From the IMG/VR virus record IMGVR_UViG_3300021121_000008, positions 1 through 41,367 of that record: DNA of 41,367 nt; one strand, 5' to 3'. The position numbers and the translations under genes are program-made. The DNA comes from a virus (taxonomy: Duplodnaviria > Caudoviricetes). Below are positions 7,866 through 16,300 of the stretch, in pieces. Under the pieces are notes generated by a model. The model saw nothing but the letters and a program-made list of their open reading frames with translations. It was not told where the DNA came from and searched no databases. How positions within the stretch are numbered: the stretch's first letter is position 1; each line of letters begins with the position of its first letter.

Positions 7866-10205
7866 TTAGTTAAGCCGCACGCGCACCAAATTGACGTTGT
7901 TGGTTTGCGTTAATCCCGTGTTCTGCATGGTCAGTGACAAAACAAAATTAGTCGCCGTGTTAAAATAGGCGCGGGTTAAAGCTGCGCCGCTAGTGCCAAA
8001 CGACGTGCCACTCCCCTGCGCCGCGCTGAATATGTTCGTGCCATTGTTGACACCAAAAAACCGTTGCAAGTTGTAGGACGCAAAGGCTGACCCCACAAAG
8101 GTTGAAGCGTTGATAACCGTCCCCCCAAGATATATGTGGAATGTGCAATTGGTGATGCCTGCACCTTCACCTTCCAAATAAACCTCAAATGCGCCATTTG
8201 TGCCAAACACACCGCCATTAACGGTCGTGGAAAATACGGTGGTTTCAACCGTGCTGTTAGTCACTCCGACCGGCCACGATTGGATGATGGACGCGGGGGC
8301 AGCCGCCAAATTCGTCAGCCCCGAGCCGTTGCCGGTGAACACGGTTCCGGTAATTGCTGCTCCTGCGATGTCCGTTGGCGGCAATGCGTTTTGATTCCAC
8401 ACCCCCGTCAGCATCCAATTCGCAATCGCTTTGTAAACCGACGTGTTTGTCGAGTTGAAGTGAATACCATCAACACTGAACCCCATGTTGGTATTCAATA
8501 GATTTTGCGTGATATAGGGGTATAGCTGGTGAAACTGAACCGGCAGCGGGGGCTGATTGGTCGCTATCATGTTGTTAAGTGACAGCAAATTCGTTTCGCT
8601 GGACGGGCTGTAACTCGCCACGTTCGTGCTGAACTGCCACCCATCCATGAAATGGACCGTCACCGGCCTGGCGGTTCCGAGCACCTGGGCCACGCCGTTG
8701 GAGATCGAATTGTAGGCGGTGGCAACCGAATTGCCATTGCGAATATCGTTGTCGCCAAACCGATACCACAAATCAATCTTCTTGATTTTCTCCGGTGGCA
8801 GATTGGTAATGGTTCCGATGCCACCCACCGCCGCCCAAGAGGTCATAAACTGGTTTGCAGTAGTACCGCCCTGAGAATAATTGGCATACCCCCAATACGT
8901 CCCGCCTGACCGGTCGTATTCATAAAAGAACGGGTAGCTGTTGGTGGTTGGCGAGATAATCGGCTGCTGGCGGGAGTCGCCCACAAACTGGTCGTAATAG
9001 TCCTCATCCTCGAAGAACCAGCTCGCTTCCGTTTCCGCCCAAATCTGATTCAGATTGGTGGAATTGTAAATTTGTATGCTACTCACGGCGAAATTGGTGT
9101 AGTCGTCGTAGGGCGAAAAATAATTCATCCGCTGCACCGTGTTCGTGACCTCTTGACCAATGGTCAGCGTGTTAAATGGCACCGGCGACACCGTAGGCGA
9201 CTGATATTTAAAGTTGCTTCCCCAGGTGCCGAAATAGCTGTACCCGTTAGTCAGGCCGTCCTGGTAGGAAAATTCGGTGCCATTGGCCATGTGAACCAGC
9301 GTGATGGCTCGGCGCTCGCACATGCGCGGGTTCTCGCGACCATTTTCGGCACCAAGGTTGGCGTAACCCTCAATCCACGGAGGGTAAAAGGTGTTCGTGC
9401 CGTAATTGGTCCCGTTGTATGCCAGCGTATAATTGAAGGGCGGATAGAAATTTGTGCCGTTGTTCTCCATGCACCAATGCTGGCCGTTGACCTCGGAAAC
9501 GTAGAACGACGAATAGGTATTCGTATCCGCAAAGCGAAACAACGTGCCCGACTTGTTGTGTGTTCCACCCGCCGGCCGATGATAGGTAATGACCATCGTG
9601 AAGTTGCTCAAGAGCATTGGCAACTGATAGGTGATGGTGCTGCCGGCGTTGATCTGCGCATAACCGCCCGGCTCGTAGCTTGGATTCGGCCAAGTAAACG
9701 AATTGCCTTTCACCGAGGTCAGGCTCACGTCCGGATGCCACCGCTGGCGAAGCGCCAAGGCATCGACCAAATTGGAAGCGATACCTTGCTTGTTCAGGTA
9801 GGCAAAATAGCCGCTCAAATCCTGAATGGCTTTCTGGTCTCCAATGTTGTTGGACGTGCTAAAGGAAACCACGAGCGGGTTTAAAGTCCCTTGCACATTG
9901 GTCAAACCGCCGCCGTTGCCATAAAACGAACCAGACCATCCACTATTTGCGTTCAGCCTCCCATTGGTATCCGGTTGAATCTGGTCAAACCCAATATTGT
10001 TGGTGTCCCACAAGTAAATGGCTCCGGGAGAACTTGGGCCGGAGCCGGATTTAATCGGACTTGCGCCGTTCGTTAAAACGATTGAAGCCCTTGGCAGGTT
10101 CGCCGCCGTGTTGGTCGTCCAGTCGGATTGCTGGACGGGATTCGCGCCCGCGAAAGCGGAAAGACCAATCGCCAAAGTTACGATGATGGTAAAGAGAAAT
10201 TTCAT
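7866..10205 (-). CDS. Tail spike/fibre-like protein with signal peptide, lectin-like region and SGNH/GDSL esterase domain
   Basis: MKFLFTIIVTLAIGLSAFA signal; SGNH blocks VGDS, SQGG, GDND, DGIH; two GNGxGLTN motifs; ATGA overlap supports start at 10205. Confidence 0.7.
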   Translation of the reverse strand: MKFLFTIIVTLAIGLSAFAGANPVQQSDWTTNTAANLPRASIVLTNGASPIKSGSGPSSPGAIYLWDTNNIGFDQIQPDTNGRLNANSGWSGSFYGNGGGLTNVQGTLNPLVVSFSTSNNIGDQKAIQDLSGYFAYLNKQGIASNLVDALALRQRWHPDVSLTSVKGNSFTWPNPSYEPGGYAQINAGSTITYQLPMLLSNFTMVITYHRPAGGTHNKSGTLFRFADTNTYSSFYVSEVNGQHWCMENNGTNFYPPFNYTLAYNGTNYGTNTFYPPWIEGYANLGAENGRENPRMCERRAITLVHMANGTEFSYQDGLTNGYSYFGTWGSNFKYQSPTVSPVPFNTLTIGQEVTNTVQRMNYFSPYDDYTNFAVSSIQIYNSTNLNQIWAETEASWFFEDEDYYDQFVGDSRQQPIISPTTNSYPFFYEYDRSGGTYWGYANYSQGGTTANQFMTSWAAVGGIGTITNLPPEKIKKIDLWYRFGDNDIRNGNSVATAYNSISNGVAQVLGTARPVTVHFMDGWQFSTNVASYSPSSETNLLSLNNMIATNQPPLPVQFHQLYPYITQNLLNTNMGFSVDGIHFNSTNTSVYKAIANWMLTGVWNQNALPPTDIAGAAITGTVFTGNGSGLTNLAAAPASIIQSWPVGVTNSTVETTVFSTTVNGGVFGTNGAFEVYLEGEGAGITNCTFHIYLGGTVINASTFVGSAFASYNLQRFFGVNNGTNIFSAAQGSGTSFGTSGAALTRAYFNTATNFVLSLTMQNTGLTQTNNVNLVRVRLN

Positions 10206-10597
10206 GCCAAAAGTTCCTGCCAAGTTGTTCCGTTGTTTGAAGATGCCCAAAAAGATTGGTCGGTTGAGTTGTAATAGAATGTGCCGGTCGTCACGCCGTT
10301 TGTGGGCGCACCCGCGCCGGAGGAGACACCGCTGCTGCCGCCGGAGCCAATGTTATTGGCGATGATTTGCAGCAACGCCAATTCAATCAGGTCGGCCATT
10401 GAGCAATAACCAACGCCGTTGTATCCAGCGACGTTGGCGGAGCTTAAAAGGGATTGCGGGTCAGTAGCCACAGAAGGAGCGAGGGTATTGGCGATGGATT
10501 GAAGCAACGCGATGCGAAGCAACTGCGCGGGCCGAGGGGCGGCTGCGCTGTTGTGATTCGCAACGCCCGTAATGAGCGATTGGGCGGTGGTGGGCAT
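10202..10597 (-). CDS. Putative minor virion/decoration protein (131 aa)
   Basis: Downstream of capsid; C-terminal GAGAP...GTFYY.....W.....W module typical of virion fibres. Confidence 0.6.
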   Translation of the reverse strand: MPTTAQSLITGVANHNSAAAPRPAQLLRIALLQSIANTLAPSVATDPQSLLSSANVAGYNGVGYCSMADLIELALLQIIANNIGSGGSSGVSSGAGAPTNGVTTGTFYYNSTDQSFWASSNNGTTWQELLA

Positions 10598-10603
10598 TGT
10601 TCA

Positions 10604-10891
10604 TTATTCTCCGTCGCCCGCCATGCTGTCAATGGACTCCATCGCGCCACCCATCGCCCCGCCTTCTTTCTCGCCCTCGTCGGGCTTGCAGGCGCAGACT
10701 TCAACCTCGTCGCCGTGGATGGCAACGACTTTCAGGGTGACTTCGGAGTCGGGTTCAAGTTTATCCGAGCCGAACAGGGATTTTGGAAGCATGGCGGTGC
10801 TTTCGTCCATCTCCTCCTGCGGCTTCGAATCCATCTTCGGCTTTTCGCCAGTGGCCGGAGAATCATCCGGCGTGTCCATGTAGTCAGGCAT
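10604..10891 (-). CDS. Acidic hypothetical protein downstream of capsid (95 aa)
   Basis: ORF position and late-gene codon usage. Confidence 0.6.
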   Translation of the reverse strand: MPDYMDTPDDSPATGEKPKMDSKPQEEMDESTAMLPKSLFGSDKLEPDSEVTLKVVAIHGDEVEVCACKPDEGEKEGGAMGGAMESIDSMAGDGE

Positions 10892-10906
10892 ATAGATATG
10901 GTTTAA

Positions 10907-10934
10907 GGGCGGGCCGGTGTTACCCAGCCCGCCC
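10907..10934 (-). terminator. GC-rich hairpin after the capsid stop (weak terminator or mRNA stabiliser)
   Basis: GGGCGGGC-N12-GCCCGCCC; only a short T run follows on the - strand. Confidence 0.5.
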
Positions 10935-10946
10935 CAAGACTACTGC

Positions 10947-12653
10947 TTAGGCGTTGCTACCCCAAGGAATTTCGACATCGTAGCAGGTGCCGGTCAGCGT
11001 GATTTGCGAACCGCTTACCGCCCAGACACCGAGCGAACCGACTTCCGCGTTCAGCGCGGCCACGAGCAGCGACAGCGTGGTGAGCAGGTTGGTCGGGTCG
11101 CCCACCGTATTGTGCTCAACCGGGTCGTCATTGCAGGTGATGCTGTTGGCCGGGATGTAGTACGAGCCGTTGAGCGGACTGTAACCGTTCGTGACTTTCA
11201 CAGGGGTGAAAGTCAGCGTGTTGGTGGTCGGGCCAGCGCAGGTCGAGGGATTGCTCGAATAGGTCTGCGTCGGGTACGGGTAGTTCGTATCCGTGACGCC
11301 GGTCGCAATTTCGGTGATGACCGCCGGAGCCGACTTGTGGAAAATCAGTTCCGAGAACTCCGTGTACTGCGGACGAATGGCCATCTTGAAGTCGCTGATG
11401 AACTGGCCCTTGTTGCGGCGTTTGTTCTCAATGGCGATGCCGTTGGTGTCCACGCCGAGATTGTCCATCACGAACTGCCACTTGCCACCGAAGTTACGGC
11501 TGGAATAGGGCATTTCGGGATTGACCGGAGACGCATCGGACACGAGGCATTGCAGAGCCTTGCGGTGCCAGATGTAGGTGAAGCGATACTGCGCGGTCGC
11601 GTAGTACTGATTCACGGTGTCTTTGGTGCCGCTCGCGCCGCCCGCGCCGGAACTGACCTGATTGACGTAAGGCAGCACGACGTTGTAGCGGTAGCTGGTC
11701 GTACCCCACGGGAAGTTGCCGGTCACGGTGCCGACATAGTTGAACCGGAGATTGAACGGGTCAACGCGCACGGCGAAGTTGCCGATTTGGCCGGAGAAGT
11801 TGTACTTCCAGTATTTGCTGGCGGAATCCCACTGCTCGAAACGCCAGTTACCGGCCACAGACGGGTTGCCTCCGCCGACGCCCTGCGAGCCGCCCAAATG
11901 GTCGAGGCTCCAAAGGGTTTCCAAGTCCGTCACCAATTCGATGAGCGGAGGCATGTCCTTGAACGGCTGCTTGCCGAAGTAGCCAATCTGCATGAGCGGT
12001 TGCACCCGGCGTTGCAACATCTGGGGCGTGAGCATGAACACGTTCGCGGGGTTCGTGTTGGTGTCAATGAACGCCTCGGAGGTCGTGCCGTCGCTGTTGG
12101 TGGTCTGCAACCACTGATACTGGAACGTGCCAACGTAGCCCGAACCGGCGTTGTTGTTCGTGCCGAAATAGAGGTTCGCTACCCACTTGTTGTTGGCGAA
12201 CTGTGCCACGCGCTTGCGGAGGAAGTTGGAATTGATGGCCGAGGTCGCCGGTTTCAGGATGTCCGTGATGATCTGGCGGAACTGTTCCTTAGCGGCGGTG
12301 ACGTGCATTTCTTGGTCGAAGCACAGCAAGGGAGTCGCCCAAGACTGCTCCTCCAAGAAGTAGGTCAACCGGGTGCTGCCCCAGGTGATGTAGTTTTCCG
12401 TCTTGGTACAGGGAGTACCGAGACAGTTACCGGCCTGCGTAGGCGTCCAAGCCTTCGTCACGTCGGGCCACACATGGTTGAAGCGGTCGAGCGTATGCTG
12501 AACGCCGGAGAAAGCGGGGAAAGTGCCGGTTTCGACGTGGAGAATCCAGCCATCTTCGGGCCGAATATCCTCCAAAATCATCTTGTCGTAAACGGGCGTC
12601 TGGTCAACCAGAAGCTGCGTAAACTGGTTTCCGTTAAGATATTGACTAGCCAT
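10947..12653 (-). CDS. Major capsid protein, with probable C-terminal extension
   Basis: 568 aa, strongest codon bias in the window, long leader and 3' hairpin; capsid-like N-terminal region; T/S-rich C-terminal ~100 aa. Confidence 0.7.
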   Translation of the reverse strand: MASQYLNGNQFTQLLVDQTPVYDKMILEDIRPEDGWILHVETGTFPAFSGVQHTLDRFNHVWPDVTKAWTPTQAGNCLGTPCTKTENYITWGSTRLTYFLEEQSWATPLLCFDQEMHVTAAKEQFRQIITDILKPATSAINSNFLRKRVAQFANNKWVANLYFGTNNNAGSGYVGTFQYQWLQTTNSDGTTSEAFIDTNTNPANVFMLTPQMLQRRVQPLMQIGYFGKQPFKDMPPLIELVTDLETLWSLDHLGGSQGVGGGNPSVAGNWRFEQWDSASKYWKYNFSGQIGNFAVRVDPFNLRFNYVGTVTGNFPWGTTSYRYNVVLPYVNQVSSGAGGASGTKDTVNQYYATAQYRFTYIWHRKALQCLVSDASPVNPEMPYSSRNFGGKWQFVMDNLGVDTNGIAIENKRRNKGQFISDFKMAIRPQYTEFSELIFHKSAPAVITEIATGVTDTNYPYPTQTYSSNPSTCAGPTTNTLTFTPVKVTNGYSPLNGSYYIPANSITCNDDPVEHNTVGDPTNLLTTLSLLVAALNAEVGSLGVWAVSGSQITLTGTCYDVEIPWGSNA

Positions 12654-12716
12654 AAATCAGTTGTTGTTTGGTGGTTTGTTGTTTGCGCGATTGTTCTTTG
12701 CCGTTTTGATGCGACC

Positions 12717-12834
12717 AGCCCGGAGAGGCTTTTCCCGCAAGGAGAACCCGCGAAGTTGCTTTGAGGGACAATGACCCCCTCGCTGACTACATTGTCGGCA
12801 GGCTATGCACCCGCCTTCATTCGGCAAACCCGAA
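12717..12834. other. Array of consecutive short hairpins in the capsid 5' region
   Basis: AGCC/GGCT, TCC/GGA, GAGGG/CCCTC, GCTGAC/GTCGGC, AGGC/GCCT, TTCGG/CCGAA in near-immediate succession. Confidence 0.5.
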
Positions 12835-12932
12835 CAACTTGATTAAAATGGCAAGGAACGAACTACTATGAAGGACAACTACCACCGAAACGGAAAACTG
12901 TAAAGGGGTGGAATTTTTACAGTCTTTGTAGA

Positions 12933-12961
12933 TTGACTTCCCCGATAGTAGGGGAAGTCAA
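12933..12961. repeat. 11-bp perfect inverted repeat
   Basis: TTGACTTCCCC-N7-GGGGAAGTCAA. Confidence 0.8.
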
Positions 12962-12972
12962 AAATTGAAGCG

Positions 12973-13003
12973 AAAAGGACTGAAAGAATTATTCTTTCAG
13001 TCC
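12973..13003 (-). terminator. 13-bp palindrome followed by TTTT on the - strand; probable terminator
   Basis: GGACTGAAAGAAT-T-ATTCTTTCAGTCC preceded by AAAA on the + strand. Confidence 0.6.
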
Positions 13004-13026
13004 ATAGGTTTAGCAGAGGGTGCCAG

Positions 13027-13128
13027 TTAGTCTAAGTCGTCGCTATCGCCCGCCTGCTCGTCGTCGTCCGACTCACTAAACGGGTTGGCTTCTTCCTCTA
13101 TTTCGTCGTCGGTAAATTCTTCCGGCAT
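13027..13128 (-). CDS. Highly acidic micropeptide (33 aa)
   Basis: Manual translation MPEEFTDDEIEEEANPFSESDDDEQAGDSDDLD; 17 D/E, no K/R. Confidence 0.45.
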   Translation of the reverse strand: MPEEFTDDEIEEEANPFSESDDDEQAGDSDDLD

Positions 13129-13322
13129 GGGAAATTGGTTCGATGGTTCATTGGCTCATTCCACATGCGAATCGCGTTGTCCTTGTCCGCTGCGTGGATT
13201 TGACGGCAGCCTTTGTGCGAGCAGATTATCAGGATGGACTTCGTGAGTTCGCAGACATCCGGCAGGGCGTCACAGGCTGGGCAATGTTGCAACTCGCGGC
13301 CATTGTAGAGATCGGTTTTCAT
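13098..13322 (-). CDS. Lar (restriction alleviation)-like zinc-binding protein (74 aa)
   Basis: ELQHCPAC ... C...GC ... AIRMWN pattern of the Lar family. Confidence 0.55.
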   Translation of the reverse strand: MKTDLYNGRELQHCPACDALPDVCELTKSILIICSHKGCRQIHAADKDNAIRMWNEPMNHRTNFPCRKNLPTTK

Positions 13323-13329
13323 TTTATTT

Positions 13330-16300
13330 TCAGGGCTTGACCGAAAAAGCATCGAAAGGCGTTCCATTGGAGTTGAGTTCAAGAACCATGTGATAGCGGG
13401 CATCTTTCAATGCCTTAGCCTGTTTAAACTCATCTTTACCAGCCTCATCTAGCGACTGGTAAAACTTGGCGTCATTTGCCTTTGACCCAGTTAGCGGACG
13501 CTCCAAGGACTGCTTAAAATGCTTGGCAATCTGCTGCGGAGGAATCTGAGTTTTCAGCCGGTCATATTCTTTCTGCGCACCAGCCCTGTCACCGTTTTCA
13601 AGATAGGCCCGAAGCGCAGCGAATTTATCTTTTTCAGCGTCGTAAACAATGTCAACGGGCGAGGTGATGCCGTTGGACTTTTTCCAGTCGGCAATCTTTT
13701 GGTCAATGTTTTGGACGGCATCATAACGCTGCTCTTGAACGCCAAAAGAGTTCATGAATTGCTCCCACCAGCTTTGTCCGCGCTTGGATTTTAGAGGCAG
13801 CGGGACTGGCATTTGCAAGGCGTCCTTTACTTGCCCCATGAAATCCCGCTTTACCCCCCTGTCGTCGCGGCCTGTGATAGCCTCAAAAGCAACTCGTGTT
13901 ACTGGCGCAATGCGGTTAAAGACAAACCCTCTAGGGTCAGATACCAAATGCAGAATGTCGCCCGGTATTGACCTAAGCCCATACGAATGGCCGCCCACAA
14001 TGATTTTGAAGGCGTTCTTCATTTCCCAGTGCGGGTCTTTGTCCAATATCTGATTCACGATGCGGGCGGTCATGTACTGGGTGACGGCCAGCAACCCCAA
14101 CGCCATAAGCTGTTCATGCCCTTGACCTTTTCGCAACGCTCCACCAACAAACCGGGCGCGAGATTCAAGAAAGTCCGGCGCAAGCAAAACAGTCCTCCAA
14201 AAATCTTGCAGGGTTGGATTTCTGCCCCAATACTTGTAAGGCAGTTCGCCAAAGGCGGAGTTAGCCTGACCGGCGGACAACTCCAACAACTGATCTTCGC
14301 TCATGTTTGGGTAGTGCTGGCGGTTGCGATCCAGCGTCACCTTAGCCATTTTGAGCTTCAAGCGCGGGATGTAATCCTGAAACAACCATTCGTTATAGGC
14401 GTGGAGTCGAGGGCCAACGACAGGCAACTTCGTGGACAGTCCGCCGCCTGCCAAGCCCTCACCGAAATCAGCCAGAGCGTTGTAGTCGGCCAGTTGCAAG
14501 CCATGTTCGGATAGGGCTTTTGTGACCGGCTCCGAAAAATCAACCGGCTCCAAGTTGGTTGGGTTGACGCGATGGCCCAAGGCATGAAGCCCTTCCTGGA
14601 CTTGATGAAACCCAGAAAGCGAAAGCATGTTCTGCTTGATTCCACCCTGCAAGCGAAGCACGGCTCGCCCGACCGGATTCTTGCGAATCTTTGAAACAGA
14701 CAGGCGGTTAAGCAGCTTATTGTAAGCCTCCGGGTGAACGAGCATGTCACCCTCTTGCAAAATTGTCGTTCCATCCGGCTCGGTTCCGGCGAATTTCCAC
14801 CCGCGCAACGCCGGATGATTGATGGGTTGATAATCTTTCAATTCCTCCGGCTTGGCGTGGGGGCGGATAAGGCGAGTTCCACCGCCCCCGGCGTCACCTT
14901 CAATCTTTCGGCCACTGCCTGACAACTCTACCAGCGGGCGTCCGTCTGACGCCTTGGCTTCATGGAGGTCTTTGATGAAGGCACGAGCCGCCAGCGCACG
15001 GTTGAACGTCTGGTCGTAATTCGCAACCAGAAATCCAGCGTCCTTTTGCGGGGTGTAGCCCGCCTGCTCGCCCTCAAAGTAGGAATCAAAAATGCGCTTC
15101 CTCGCAAAACGAAAGTTAGGCGTCAGCTTTCCGTAGGAAAGGTCGGAAAGGAGCTTCTTGGTTATCGGGTTTTCTTTTTCCCAAACTTGCGTAATGTATT
15201 GCTCCAACCCATCTTTCAAAAGCCCGGCCTCAATTCCGTTTTCGAGCTGGCGGTCGTAGTATTCGCGGATTGATTGGGCGATGTATTTCTCCCGGTCAGT
15301 CAGGTTTTGGGCGATTTGATAACCGCGCTTCAAGCTGCCCTCGGATGCGGATTCGCGCTCTTTGAGCAGAGCCGTGTCGCCATCGGCTTGAATCCAGTTG
15401 GTGATTGCCTCACGCCGAAGTTTGTCCGGCACTTCTTTGATAATCTGTTTGGCGAATTGCCGAGCCTCGTGGTCAGCCTGCTGGACGGCGGCAAACCACT
15501 TCCCAACCGCCCGCTTTTCATCGCCAAATTCAGGCACAGAACGGTAGCGGTTCCATAAAGCGTCGGCGACCGCCTTAACGGTGGCAGCCGACTTTTTGAA
15601 ATAGTCTTTGATGTCCGCCAGTTTGTCCTTCGCCTTTTGGATGGCGGAAACCTGTTCGTCCAAAGGCTTGTCCGCGCCAGCTGTTGCCCGGAGATTGTCG
15701 GACATCTGCTGAATCGCGGAATATGTTCCCGGCTCGCCGCCTGCCGCCGCACCGGGGCCGCCCTTGCCGAAGCGGGGTTTGATAGCCTCTTGACGCTTCA
15801 AAGCCGCCTGTTTGCTTTTGGCGTCCGGGAACACGGAAGGGTCAAGCCCAACGGAGCGTAGTTGGTCGTCCAGACTTTCCTTTTCGACTTTTGGCTTTGG
15901 TTCGGTTGCTTCTTTGACCGGGGTTAAATCCTTTTCGAGCGTGGTGAACTCCGCGCCGGTTTTTTCGTTGCGGACGCGAACGGGTTGCTCGCCATTGGCG
16001 ATTTCGACCGGAGTTGCGTGGAGTTTTTCAACGAGCGTATGAAGCTGTGGGCCTTGGCTAGAAACCCGGTATTTCTGGTTTGGTGGCGGCTCGCCAGGCA
16101 CCGCGCCACCCATGCCTTTTATTTCAGGCTCGGCTTTCGCCCCCGGCCCTTGGGGTATGGGTTGGGTGGGTTCAGGCTTCTCGAAGTTTCGGCGAACCAT
16201 TTCCGTTTTCGCAAAAACAACCGCGTCATTAAACGAAAGTCCGGTCGCAACCGTTTCCTTGGTTTTAGGGTTATAGACCCTCCAAACCTTTTCGGTTTTC

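Noticed and set aside
10917-12764. 615-aa + strand ORF antisense to the capsid gene
   Set aside because: Shadow ORF produced by the strong codon bias of the capsid gene; R/V/G-rich with no motifs
12815-12840. GGCAAACC resembling the c-di-GMP-I riboswitch start
   Set aside because: Wrong strand for the capsid gene, and the rest of the consensus is absent
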